Assembly (NCBI GenBank): GCA_965214705.1
Contig: CBDCCI010000002.1
Span: 1,920,001 to 1,984,000 of the forward strand
Direction: 5' to 3'
Source of the DNA: Alphaproteobacteria bacterium
GTDB lineage: Bacteria; Pseudomonadota; Alphaproteobacteria; UBA828
Length of the DNA stretch: 64,000 nt
Shown here in pieces: positions 16,367 through 24,767 of this stretch (positions are counted from its first letter, which is position 1; every line of letters begins with the position of its first letter). The notes beneath the pieces were generated by a model. It was given only the letters and a program-made list of their open reading frames with translations. It was not told the DNA's origin and ran no database searches. The position numbers and the translations under genes are program-made.

Positions 16367-17298
16367 GACTCGAACCAACCGGGGCCGCCAGCCGCACGCA
16401 GCGCAGCACCGGCATCGCGGCCGATGGCGGGCGCGTCGACCATGGCGCCAGCGCGCTCGACCCGGTGGCAGACGCTACCGTCGGCCCGCGCGATCAGGGC
16501 GTCGAGGCGAAGCCCGCCCGAGCCATCCGCCTCGGCGAGGCCTGCGATCGGCATGCGGCAGGAACCATCGAGCACCTCCAGCAGCGCCCGCTCGCACTGG
16601 ACGGCAGCAGTCGTCACCGAATCCACGATGGGCTGCAACAATTCTTGCATCCGCTCGTCGCCCGTCCGGCACTCGATGCCGAGCGCCCCCTGCCCCACCG
16701 CCGGCAGCATCTCCGCCAGCTCCAACACCGCCATCCCGCCTACTTCCTCGCCCAGCCGTTTGAGGCCGGCCAGAGCCAGCAGCGTGGCGTCGGCCGCGCC
16801 ATCGGCCACCTTGCGCAGCCGGGTGCCGACGTTGCCCCGCATCGGGACGATCTCGATATCGGGGCGGCGCGCCAGAAGCTGCGCCTGGCGGCGGAGCGAA
16901 CCGGTCCCGACGCGCGTCCCCGCCGGCAGGTCGGCGAGGCCGGTCGCACCAGGCGCGATCAGCACGTCGCGCGGATCCTCCCGCTCAGGGATCGCGGCGA
17001 TCTCCAGCCCCTCCGGCAGCCAGGTCGGCACGTCCTTCATCGAGTGCACGGCGAGGTCGATGCGCCCATCCAGGAGCGCCTCCTCGATCTCCTTGGTGAA
17101 GAGCCCCTTGCCGCCGATCTCGGCGAGCGGGCGGTCGACGAAGCGATCGCCCGAGGTGGTGATGGTCTCGGTGAGCAGCGCACCGTCCTCGGCCAGCACG
17201 GGATGCGCCGCAGCCAGCCGGGCGCAGACGTGGCGGGTCTGGGCGATGGCGAGCGGGCTGCCCCGCGTCCCGACGACTATTGGCAGGCGCACGTCCAC
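16363..17298 (-). CDS. hemC: Hydroxymethylbilane synthase
   Basis: GTRGSPLA, GGKGLFTKEIE, VHSMKDVP and RGNVGTRL motifs. Confidence 0.97.
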   Translation of the reverse strand: MDVRLPIVVGTRGSPLAIAQTRHVCARLAAAHPVLAEDGALLTETITTSGDRFVDRPLAEIGGKGLFTKEIEEALLDGRIDLAVHSMKDVPTWLPEGLEIAAIPEREDPRDVLIAPGATGLADLPAGTRVGTGSLRRQAQLLARRPDIEIVPMRGNVGTRLRKVADGAADATLLALAGLKRLGEEVGGMAVLELAEMLPAVGQGALGIECRTGDERMQELLQPIVDSVTTAAVQCERALLEVLDGSCRMPIAGLAEADGSGGLRLDALIARADGSVCHRVERAGAMVDAPAIGRDAGAALRAAGGPGWFES

Positions 17299-17429
17299 GG
17301 CACCGAATCGGAGCGTTGCGCCCCTTCTACACAGCGCGCCGCGCCGACGCGAGCGCTTTCAGGCCACGCAAGGCCGGGATCGTTGTGGCGCCGGCCCCGC
17401 TCGGACCAGCGCCAAACCCTGTCCCATTG

Positions 17430-17546
17430 TCAGACGTAGGAGACCGCCTCGTTGAGCGGCTTTCGCCCGATGTCGGGCACTACCGCATCCTGGTCCGGAT
17501 AGCCGACCACCAGCAGCAGGAAGGGCCGCTCGGCCGCTTCCGTCAC
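17430..17546 (-). pseudogene. C-terminal remnant of an iodotyrosine-deiodinase-like nitroreductase
   Basis: Manual translation EAAERPFLLLVVGYPDQDAVVPDIGRKPLNEAVSYV* resembles the IYD-family C-terminus; the rest of the gene is absent. Confidence 0.7.
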
Positions 17547-18406
17547 TCAGCGGCGAGGAACTCCAGAAGCGCGGTGTTCACCGCCTCGACCTGCTGCCAG
17601 TGCGCGAAGTGGCTGGAATTGCCGATCAAGAGCAACTGGGAGCCCGGAATGAGTTCCGCCATGCGCTTGGTGTGAGCCTCGTCGATGGCCTCTTCGTAGA
17701 CACCCGCCGCGATCACGAACGGAACTGTGATGCTTGCCAGCTGCTCGTCGGTATACGCGGGCTGGCCGCCCCACATCGCGAACACCTTGCCGGAAAACGC
17801 CTCCCACGCGTCGGGCGTCGGCGAAATCTGGGCGTACTGTGCGGCCGCGTGACCGACATAGGCACCGATCAGCGCGTCATGGAAGGCGGTGGGGCGAATG
17901 CCGGAGGTCTGGTAGTTGGCCCCGAGCGCGAACACCTTGGTCAGGCGGTCGGGATTGTGGATCGCCAGATCGAGGCCGATGTTTCCGCCGTCGCTCCAGC
18001 CCACGATTGCCGCTTGGTCCAGACCGAGGCTGTCCATCACGCCCATCACGTCGCTTGCCATCAGGTGATAACCATAAGGCTGGTCGTCGTCGGTCGAGCG
18101 GCCGTGGCCCCGGCTGTCGATGGCGATTACCTTGTAGGTGGCAGCGAGGGCGTCGATCTGCCCCCCGAAATCCTCGGCCGCGCCCAAGCCGCCGTGCAAC
18201 AGCAACACCGCGTCGTTGTTGCCGGAGCCGTAGAGCGCGTAGTGAATGTTGGCTCCGTTGACTGCAACGTTGCCGGTCGCTTCGGGTGCCGGAAGCGGCT
18301 GCGGCGGCGTCAGCGTGCGCCAACCGTCGCCAGCCGTCGCCGGGCCGGCTGCGGCAAACAGCAGGACGACCCCGAGAGCCAAGAACATTTGCAGTGCGCG
18401 TTTCAT
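17543..18406 (-). CDS. Secreted alpha/beta hydrolase
   Basis: Signal peptide MKRALQMFLALG..., LLHGGLG, DSRGHGRS, GWSDG nucleophile elbow, catalytic His SHF; AAGGAG RBS. Confidence 0.9.
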   Translation of the reverse strand: MKRALQMFLALGVVLLFAAAGPATAGDGWRTLTPPQPLPAPEATGNVAVNGANIHYALYGSGNNDAVLLLHGGLGAAEDFGGQIDALAATYKVIAIDSRGHGRSTDDDQPYGYHLMASDVMGVMDSLGLDQAAIVGWSDGGNIGLDLAIHNPDRLTKVFALGANYQTSGIRPTAFHDALIGAYVGHAAAQYAQISPTPDAWEAFSGKVFAMWGGQPAYTDEQLASITVPFVIAAGVYEEAIDEAHTKRMAELIPGSQLLLIGNSSHFAHWQQVEAVNTALLEFLAAE

Positions 18407-18923
18407 GGTGATTCTCCTTGTCGAACGTGCCCGTCCCCCAAGGGGGGCGGTCGGATGTGAATGCTGGTCGACGCCCAGCAAGCCCGCCGTCGTCCATCGC
18501 GACCGGTTCGTGCAGCGGAGCCAGTCCGGTTTCGGTCCGACGACTCGCGCTATGGAGAAAATACGAGCTATTAAGAAAAATTCATAGCGTTATAGAAAAA
18601 TGCGAACCAAGCGAAAAAGACGTGAACGCCAAATTCACGGCGTCAGGAGCCTCCAGATCGACCGAGTGCCCGGCTTTGGCGGCGTGCGAAGATCGCTTCG
18701 GGAAGCGCCTCCACCATCGCCTTCACGGCCTCGAAGGTCGTCCGTAGACTTACAATCGTCGGGGCACGATCTGGCATCAGGGTGCTCCTGATCGAGGCTA
18801 TTGGTTATCCACGGGGAGCACCCGTTTTTCTCCTGACACGTAATCGCGAACGTCACCCATTTCGGCGCGAAAGTATCGTGCAAGCACTGACCGTGATGAG
18901 AAATCTGAGTTAGGCTCGCGCCC

Positions 18924-19997
18924 ATGATCGTCCTTGGCATCGAGACGAGCTGCGACGAGACGGCGGCCGCAGTCGTGACCGGCGAGCGCCGGGTGCTGTC
19001 CGACATCGTGCTCTCCCAAATCGCCGACCACGCGCCCTATGGCGGCGTGGTGCCGGAGATCGCCGCGCGCAGCCACGTGGAGCATCTCGACGGCCTCATC
19101 GCCCGCGCCATGGAGCAAGCCGGTGTCGGTTTCGCCGAGCTCGACGGCGTGGCCGCTACCGCCGGCCCCGGCTTGATCGGCGCGGTCATGGTCGGGCTCA
19201 TGACCGGCAAGGCGATCGCCGCCGTCCACGACAAGCCGCTGCTCGCCGTCAACCATCTGGAGGGGCACGCGCTCAGCCCCCGCCTCATCGCGCCCGACCT
19301 CGATTTTCCTTACCTGCTGCTGCTGGTCTCCGGCGGGCACTGCCAGCTGCTGCTCGTCGAGGAGGTCGACCGCTACCGGCGCCTGGGCACCACCATCGAC
19401 GACGCGGTGGGCGAGGCCTTCGACAAGGCGGCGATGCTGCTGGAGCTCGGCTATCCGGGCGGGCCCGCAATCGAGCGCGCAGCCAAGGACGGCGACCCGG
19501 CAGGCGTCGCCCTGCCCCGGCCTCTGCTCGGCCGGCCGGGGTGCGACTTCTCGTTCTCGGGCCTCAAGACCGCGCTGCTCCACGCCGTCCAGGCAATGGG
19601 CACGCCATCGGAGGGCGACCGCGCCGACCTCGCGGCGTCGTTCCAGACGGCGGTCACCGACGTGCTCGTCGACCGCACGGCGAACGCGATCGACATGCTC
19701 CGGGGCTCAAACGTAGAGCCGGCGGCGCTGGTGGTGGCGGGCGGCGTCGCGGCCAACAGCGAGATTCGGCGTCGCATCGAAGAGCTGGCGGCGGCGCGCG
19801 GCCTCGCCCTCAACATCCCGCCGCCCCGGCTTTGCACCGACAACGCGGCCATGATCGCCTGGGCCGGGATCGAGCGGCTGACCCGAGGCCTCACCGACCC
19901 GCTCGACGCATCGCCGCGGGCGCGCTGGCCCCTCGACGAGGACGCGGGGCTCGCCGAGGGCGCCGGCGTGCCGGGACGATTGGGACGAAAGGCCTGA
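18924..19997 (+). CDS. tsaD: tRNA N6-adenosine threonylcarbamoyltransferase
   Basis: [33 protein letters not shown] and CTDNAAMIA motifs. Confidence 0.97.
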   Translation: MIVLGIETSCDETAAAVVTGERRVLSDIVLSQIADHAPYGGVVPEIAARSHVEHLDGLIARAMEQAGVGFAELDGVAATAGPGLIGAVMVGLMTGKAIAAVHDKPLLAVNHLEGHALSPRLIAPDLDFPYLLLLVSGGHCQLLLVEEVDRYRRLGTTIDDAVGEAFDKAAMLLELGYPGGPAIERAAKDGDPAGVALPRPLLGRPGCDFSFSGLKTALLHAVQAMGTPSEGDRADLAASFQTAVTDVLVDRTANAIDMLRGSNVEPAALVVAGGVAANSEIRRRIEELAAARGLALNIPPPRLCTDNAAMIAWAGIERLTRGLTDPLDASPRARWPLDEDAGLAEGAGVPGRLGRKA

Positions 19998-20019
19998 GAC
20001 CCGCGACCGTTCTCAGCGC

Positions 20020-20838
20020 CTACGAATCGCCGGCGCAGCGAAAGCCCACCATGTCGAGGCCGATGTCGGGCGGATTCTTGTGTCGGTAGCTCACCCGCAG
20101 ACAGAACGGATTGTTGCCCCAGCCGCCGCCGCGAATCACGTACTTGCCGCTGTCGCCGTCGGGGCTCGACGTCCACTCCCAGACATTGCCGGCCATGTCG
20201 TGAAGGCCGAAGGGCGAGACGCCGGCGGGATAGGAGCCGACGGGAGCGGTCTCGTGATAGCCGTCGGTCATGTCCGCAGCACAGCACTTGTTGGTGCCGT
20301 AGTTGGCGCGCCGCACGCCGCCCTCGTCCGGCGCCGCATCGCCCCAAGGGAAGATGCGCCCGTCCGTGCCGCGCGCGACGAATTCCCACTCCTCCTCGCT
20401 CGGCAACCGCAGCCCGTGGTGGCGGCAGAAGGCACCGGCGTCGTTCCAGCTCACCTGCACCACCGGATGGTCGTCGAGGCCAATGGGATTCGAGGCCGGC
20501 CCGCTGCGATGCCGCCAGTCGGCGCCCGGCACCTTGATCCAGCGTCCGGGCCAGACGTAGCCGAAGCCGCGGCGCTCCGGATCGGTGACGTGTCCGGTCT
20601 CGGCGACGAAGGCGGCGAACTGAGTGTTCGTCACCTCGAAGAGCATGAGCCGAAACGGCGCGACGGTTGCCGGCCTGGGTGTCTCGTCCGGCCGGCCGTC
20701 GGCATCGCCCATCTCGAAGCTGCCACCGAGAATGTCCACCATCTCGAAGGGCGCATCGGCCCACCCGGTGGAAACCGCCGGAAGTGCGGTGAGCGCGACG
20801 GCAAGAAGACCCCCGATTGACGACACCGCGTGCATCAT
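20020..20838 (-). CDS. Formylglycine-generating enzyme (SUMF1) family protein, exported
   Basis: EVTN.QF, HPVVQVSWNDA, RLPSEEEWE.ARG, DMAGNVWEW and GFRC motifs; signal peptide. Confidence 0.92.
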   Translation of the reverse strand: MMHAVSSIGGLLAVALTALPAVSTGWADAPFEMVDILGGSFEMGDADGRPDETPRPATVAPFRLMLFEVTNTQFAAFVAETGHVTDPERRGFGYVWPGRWIKVPGADWRHRSGPASNPIGLDDHPVVQVSWNDAGAFCRHHGLRLPSEEEWEFVARGTDGRIFPWGDAAPDEGGVRRANYGTNKCCAADMTDGYHETAPVGSYPAGVSPFGLHDMAGNVWEWTSSPDGDSGKYVIRGGGWGNNPFCLRVSYRHKNPPDIGLDMVGFRCAGDS

Positions 20839-20981
20839 GCGCCCCTCCCCTTACACCGCCGTGTTTCCGATTGTACGCGTGGCTCGCTGCGGCGTCTGTC
20901 GCCGTGTCGTGTATCCGACTCGACGGCGTCGGCTACACTGGGCGGCATGGGACGCGAACCTTCGACGACCGCACGAGAACG

Positions 20982-21983
20982 ATGAAGCGCGTCGGCGTGA
21001 TCGGCGGCGGCGCCTGGGGCACGGCCTTGGCTGCGGTGGCGGCGCGAGCCGGCCGGTCGGTGACCCTCTGGGCACGCGAGCCCGACGTTATCGAGAGCAT
21101 CAACGACCGCCACGAGAACAGGCGCTTTCTGCCCGGCGTCCCCCTTGAGCACGCGATTCGTGCCACCGCCGACCTGAACGAGGCGGCGGATGCCGACCTC
21201 CTGCTCCTGGTGACGCCGGCGCAGCATCTCGCTGAGACGACGGCGCAGGTCGCCAAGGCGACCGACTGCGCGACTCCCGCCGTCATCTGCCCAAAGGGAA
21301 TCGAGCGGGGCACCGGCGCGCTGATGAGCGAAGCGGTGCGCCGGGTGGCACCCGACATGCGGATCGCCGTGCTCTCGGGCCCCACCTTCGCGCGCGAGGT
21401 CGCGGACGGCCTGCCCGCCGCCGTGTCGCTCGCCTGCGAGGACGCGCGCATGGGCGGGGCGGTGGTGAAGGCGCTCGGCGTCCCGGCCTTCCGCCCCTAT
21501 CTCACGGACGACCTGATCGGCGTGCAGATCGGCGGCGCGGTCAAGAACGTGATCGCGATCGCCGCCGGCATCGCCATCGGTCGCGGCTTGGGCGACAACG
21601 CCCGCGCCGCCATCATCGCGCGCGGCTTCGCCGAGCTTGTGCGCCTCGCCGTCGCCAAGGGCGCGCGGATGGAGACCCTCGCCGGCCTCGCGGGCCTCGG
21701 CGATCTCGTGCTCACCTGCACCGGCGACCAGTCGCGCAACTTCAGCTTCGGCCGCGCCATCGGCGAAGGGACGGCGCCCAAGGCGGCGCTCGACTCCAGC
21801 GAGGCGGTCACCGAGGGCCACGAGAGCGCGCCGGCCGTGGTGACGATGGCGTCCGGGCTCGGCGTCGAAATGCCGATCGCCAGCGCCGTGCATGCAGTGC
21901 TGCATCGGGGCGCGTCGGTCGACGATGCAATCGGCGGCCTGCTCTCCCGCCCCTTCAAGCCCGAGGCCGGCGCCAGCCGTTAG
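20982..21983 (+). CDS. gpsA: NAD(P)H-dependent glycerol-3-phosphate dehydrogenase
   Basis: GGGAWGTALA, SGPTFA, GGAVKNVIAI and GLGDLVLTC...SRN motifs. Confidence 0.96.
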   Translation: MKRVGVIGGGAWGTALAAVAARAGRSVTLWAREPDVIESINDRHENRRFLPGVPLEHAIRATADLNEAADADLLLLVTPAQHLAETTAQVAKATDCATPAVICPKGIERGTGALMSEAVRRVAPDMRIAVLSGPTFAREVADGLPAAVSLACEDARMGGAVVKALGVPAFRPYLTDDLIGVQIGGAVKNVIAIAAGIAIGRGLGDNARAAIIARGFAELVRLAVAKGARMETLAGLAGLGDLVLTCTGDQSRNFSFGRAIGEGTAPKAALDSSEAVTEGHESAPAVVTMASGLGVEMPIASAVHAVLHRGASVDDAIGGLLSRPFKPEAGASR

Positions 21984-23185
21984 GGAAAGTCTGAACAACC
22001 CCATCTTCTCGGCTTCGAGGGGGAGAGGGGGCTTGGATTTGAAGCTCGACGATATTGCCGACGGGCCGGGGGCTGCTTTTGTCGCGGGATGCGTTGCGAA
22101 CGGGCGATATCCACGTCGATCCGCCGCATTTGCCGCCGTCCCGCCCGCGGCGGGCAGACTGCTCCCCTGTCATTGCGTCGCGTAGCGGCCGGCGATCAGC
22201 AGGTTCGAGAACCCCAGCAGCAACGCGATGCGCTGCCTGTTCTTCGCCACGCCCCGGTAGCGCACCCTGGCGTAGCCGAAGTGCCGCTTCACGTACAGGA
22301 ACGGATGCTCCACTTTCGCCCGCACCGACGCCTTGCGCGTCTCCGCTGCCGCTTCGGCGCCGCCCTCGCCCAGAAGCCGCCGCCGCCCCGGCTTCATCGC
22401 CACACGCCACTCGACACCGCCATCCCGGTGCTCGGGACGCTTCTCCACCCCCTGGTAGCCCGCGTCGCCCCACGCCGTCGTCTCAGCGCCATGCAGCAGC
22501 GCTCCCGCCTGCGTCACGTCGCTTGCGTTGGCCGCCGTCGTCACCACGCTGTGCGCCAGACCCGACCCGGCGTCCACCCCGATGTGCGCCTTCATCCCGA
22601 AATACCACTGCTTGCCCTTCTTCGTCTGACGCATCTCAGGGTCCCGTGCGCGGCCCCGGTTCTTCGTCGACGACGGCGCCTCGATGATGCTCGCGTCAAC
22701 GATCGTCCCCGTGCGCAGCCGATGGCCGCGCAATGCCAGGTGCGCATTGATCTCCTCGAACAGACCCTCGCCCAGATCGTGCCTCTCCAGCAGATGCCGG
22801 AAGTTCAGGATGGTGGTCTCGTCGGGCAGCGCCTCCGTCAGGCGCAGCCCCACGAAACGCCTCACCGACTCCACCTCGTAGAGCAGGTCCTCCATCCCCG
22901 GATCGCTCAGGTTGTAGAACAACTGCACGCAGTGAACCCGCAGCATCACCCCAAGCGGGTAAGGGCGCCGACCGCGCCCCGCCTTCGGATAGAACGGCTC
23001 GATCCGTCGTTCCAGCCGCTCCCAGGGAACCAGCTTGTCCATCTTCTCAAGGAACAGCTCGCGCCGCGTCCGGCGCTTCTTCATCTCGTGCTCCAGTTCC
23101 GCAAAGCTTGCCTGTGCCATGGCCCGATCATCCAATCTGCGACTCCTACGAAAATCATGGCACACCCGACTTGATCAGACCTTCC
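21984..23185 (-). mobile_element. IS5-family insertion sequence (1202 bp)
   Basis: IRs GGAAAGTCTGAACAA and GGAAGGTCTGATCAA; TTAG duplication at 21980-21983 and 23186-23189. Confidence 0.95.
22170..23120 (-). CDS. IS5 family transposase
   Basis: TRRELFL, PDETTILNFRHLLE, VDASII, WYFGMKAHIGVD, DAGYQG and RAKVEHPF motifs. Confidence 0.96.
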   Translation of the reverse strand: MAQASFAELEHEMKKRRTRRELFLEKMDKLVPWERLERRIEPFYPKAGRGRRPYPLGVMLRVHCVQLFYNLSDPGMEDLLYEVESVRRFVGLRLTEALPDETTILNFRHLLERHDLGEGLFEEINAHLALRGHRLRTGTIVDASIIEAPSSTKNRGRARDPEMRQTKKGKQWYFGMKAHIGVDAGSGLAHSVVTTAANASDVTQAGALLHGAETTAWGDAGYQGVEKRPEHRDGGVEWRVAMKPGRRRLLGEGGAEAAAETRKASVRAKVEHPFLYVKRHFGYARVRYRGVAKNRQRIALLLGFSNLLIAGRYATQ

Positions 23186-23220
23186 TTAGGGCGTTTCCGT
23201 TTCTCACGGAAACGCCCTAA
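23186..23220. repeat. Perfect 15-bp-stem hairpin (REP-like or terminator) at the IS5 target
   Basis: TTAGGGCGTTTCCGT-TTCTC-ACGGAAACGCCCTAA. Confidence 0.8.
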
Positions 23221-23423
23221 CACTTTGTCGCTCACGGCAGCCGGCCTTCGGCCGGCGCCTGCGCGCCGCAGAAGCGGCGGGCCGCGGTCGCGGCCTGTCG
23301 CACGTCCGTCAAAGACGGACGCGCTATAACGGCCCCGGCGATAGTGCTGCGGATCGCGGCTTGACAAGGCGCTGCCTTACCTTGTTTTCTCCGCCCCGCC
23401 CGCTCTTCGAGCACGGGTGTCTT

Positions 23424-23510
23424 GCGGCTGTGGCGGAACTGGTAGACGCGCAGCGTTGAGGGCGCTGTGGGGGCGACCCCGTGGAGGTTCGAGTCCTCTC
23501 AGCCGCACCA
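23424..23510 (+). tRNA. tRNA-Leu(GAG)
   Basis: Anticodon arm CAGCG-TT GAG GG-CGCTG, long variable arm, CCA; 87 nt. Confidence 0.96.
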
Positions 23511-23519
23511 TCTGACCTG

Positions 23520-23606
<87 letters not shown>

Positions 23607-23629
23607 GATGGACAGAGGCCGACAGGCAA

Positions 23630-23848
23630 TCAGCCCTTCGGCCGCTTCTCGCCTGAGAGGAAGGCGCCGAGCATCTTGCCCGCCTCGCGCGCAGGGTCCT
23701 TGGCGGCCGCAACGTCCGCGACCTTGTCGGCGGCCTTGTCCATTTTCCGGTCGACGGCCCGAAACGCCTGCCCCGCCTTCTTCTGCACGCGCGGGTCCGA
23801 CGCGGCGCGGCGCGCGAGCGACCAGAGCACTGTGCGCAGGATAGCCAT
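23630..23848 (-). CDS. Small hypothetical protein
   Basis: 72-aa amphipathic helical ORF with typical codon usage. Confidence 0.65.
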   Translation of the reverse strand: MAILRTVLWSLARRAASDPRVQKKAGQAFRAVDRKMDKAADKVADVAAAKDPAREAGKMLGAFLSGEKRPKG

Positions 23849-23949
23849 GGCGCCATTCTAACGCGCCGGCGCCCGATCCGATCAAGATTCTCTCCCTCGA
23901 CTCCGGCGCCCCCCTTGGGCACAAGGGGCGGCCACAAGGAGAACCCGCG

Positions 23950-24729
23950 ATGAAGCTGCCGTCGAAGATCGTCGACATCTCCCAGCCCCTCGACAACGAG
24001 ACCGTCGTGGACCCGGATTTCATGCGGCCTTCGATCCGCTACGTGACGGGCAAGGAGAGCGCGGCGATGATGTGCGAGCTGTTTCCCGGCCTCAAGGAGG
24101 AGCAGTTGCCGGGCGGCGAGGGCTGGGCGATCGAGTTCATCGAGCTCGCGACCCACAACGGCACCCACATGGACGCGCCCTACCACTACAACTCGCGCGA
24201 TTCGAAGGGCAATCGGATGCCGACCATCGACGAGATGCCGCTGGACTGGTACTTCCGGCCGGGGGTCAAGCTTGACCTCCGCCATCTCGACGACGGTTAC
24301 GTTGCTACGCCCGCCGACATCGAGACCGAGCTCAAGCGCATCGGCTACGAGCTCCAGCCCATGGACATCGTACTTGTGAACACGCGGGCGGGCGAGCGCT
24401 ACGGCCACGACGACTACATTCATTCCGGCTGCGGCGTCGGCCGCGAGGGGACCCACTATCTCACCGAGCGCGGCGTGCGCGTCACCGGCATCGACGGCTG
24501 GAGCTGGGACGCCCCCTTCTCCGCCACCCGCGAGCGCTGGCTCAAGTCGCGCGACCCCAAGATCATCTGGGAAGGGCATTACGCCGGCATCGACACGCCC
24601 TATTGCCACATGGAGAAGCTCAGGCACCTGGAGGAGCTGCCGCCCTTCGGCTTCACGGTCGCGTGCTTCCCCTGCAAGATCAAAGCGGCCTCCGGCGGCT
24701 GGACCAGGGCCGTCGCGCTCTTCGACTGA
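23950..24729 (+). CDS. Cyclase family metal-dependent hydrolase (kynurenine formamidase-like)
   Basis: HNGTHMDAPYH motif, GIDGWSWD, EKL; AAGGAG RBS. Confidence 0.92.
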   Translation: MKLPSKIVDISQPLDNETVVDPDFMRPSIRYVTGKESAAMMCELFPGLKEEQLPGGEGWAIEFIELATHNGTHMDAPYHYNSRDSKGNRMPTIDEMPLDWYFRPGVKLDLRHLDDGYVATPADIETELKRIGYELQPMDIVLVNTRAGERYGHDDYIHSGCGVGREGTHYLTERGVRVTGIDGWSWDAPFSATRERWLKSRDPKIIWEGHYAGIDTPYCHMEKLRHLEELPPFGFTVACFPCKIKAASGGWTRAVALFD

Positions 24730-24767
24730 CATCCCCTCACCCACCACGAACGTCCCCAAGAGTTTCC

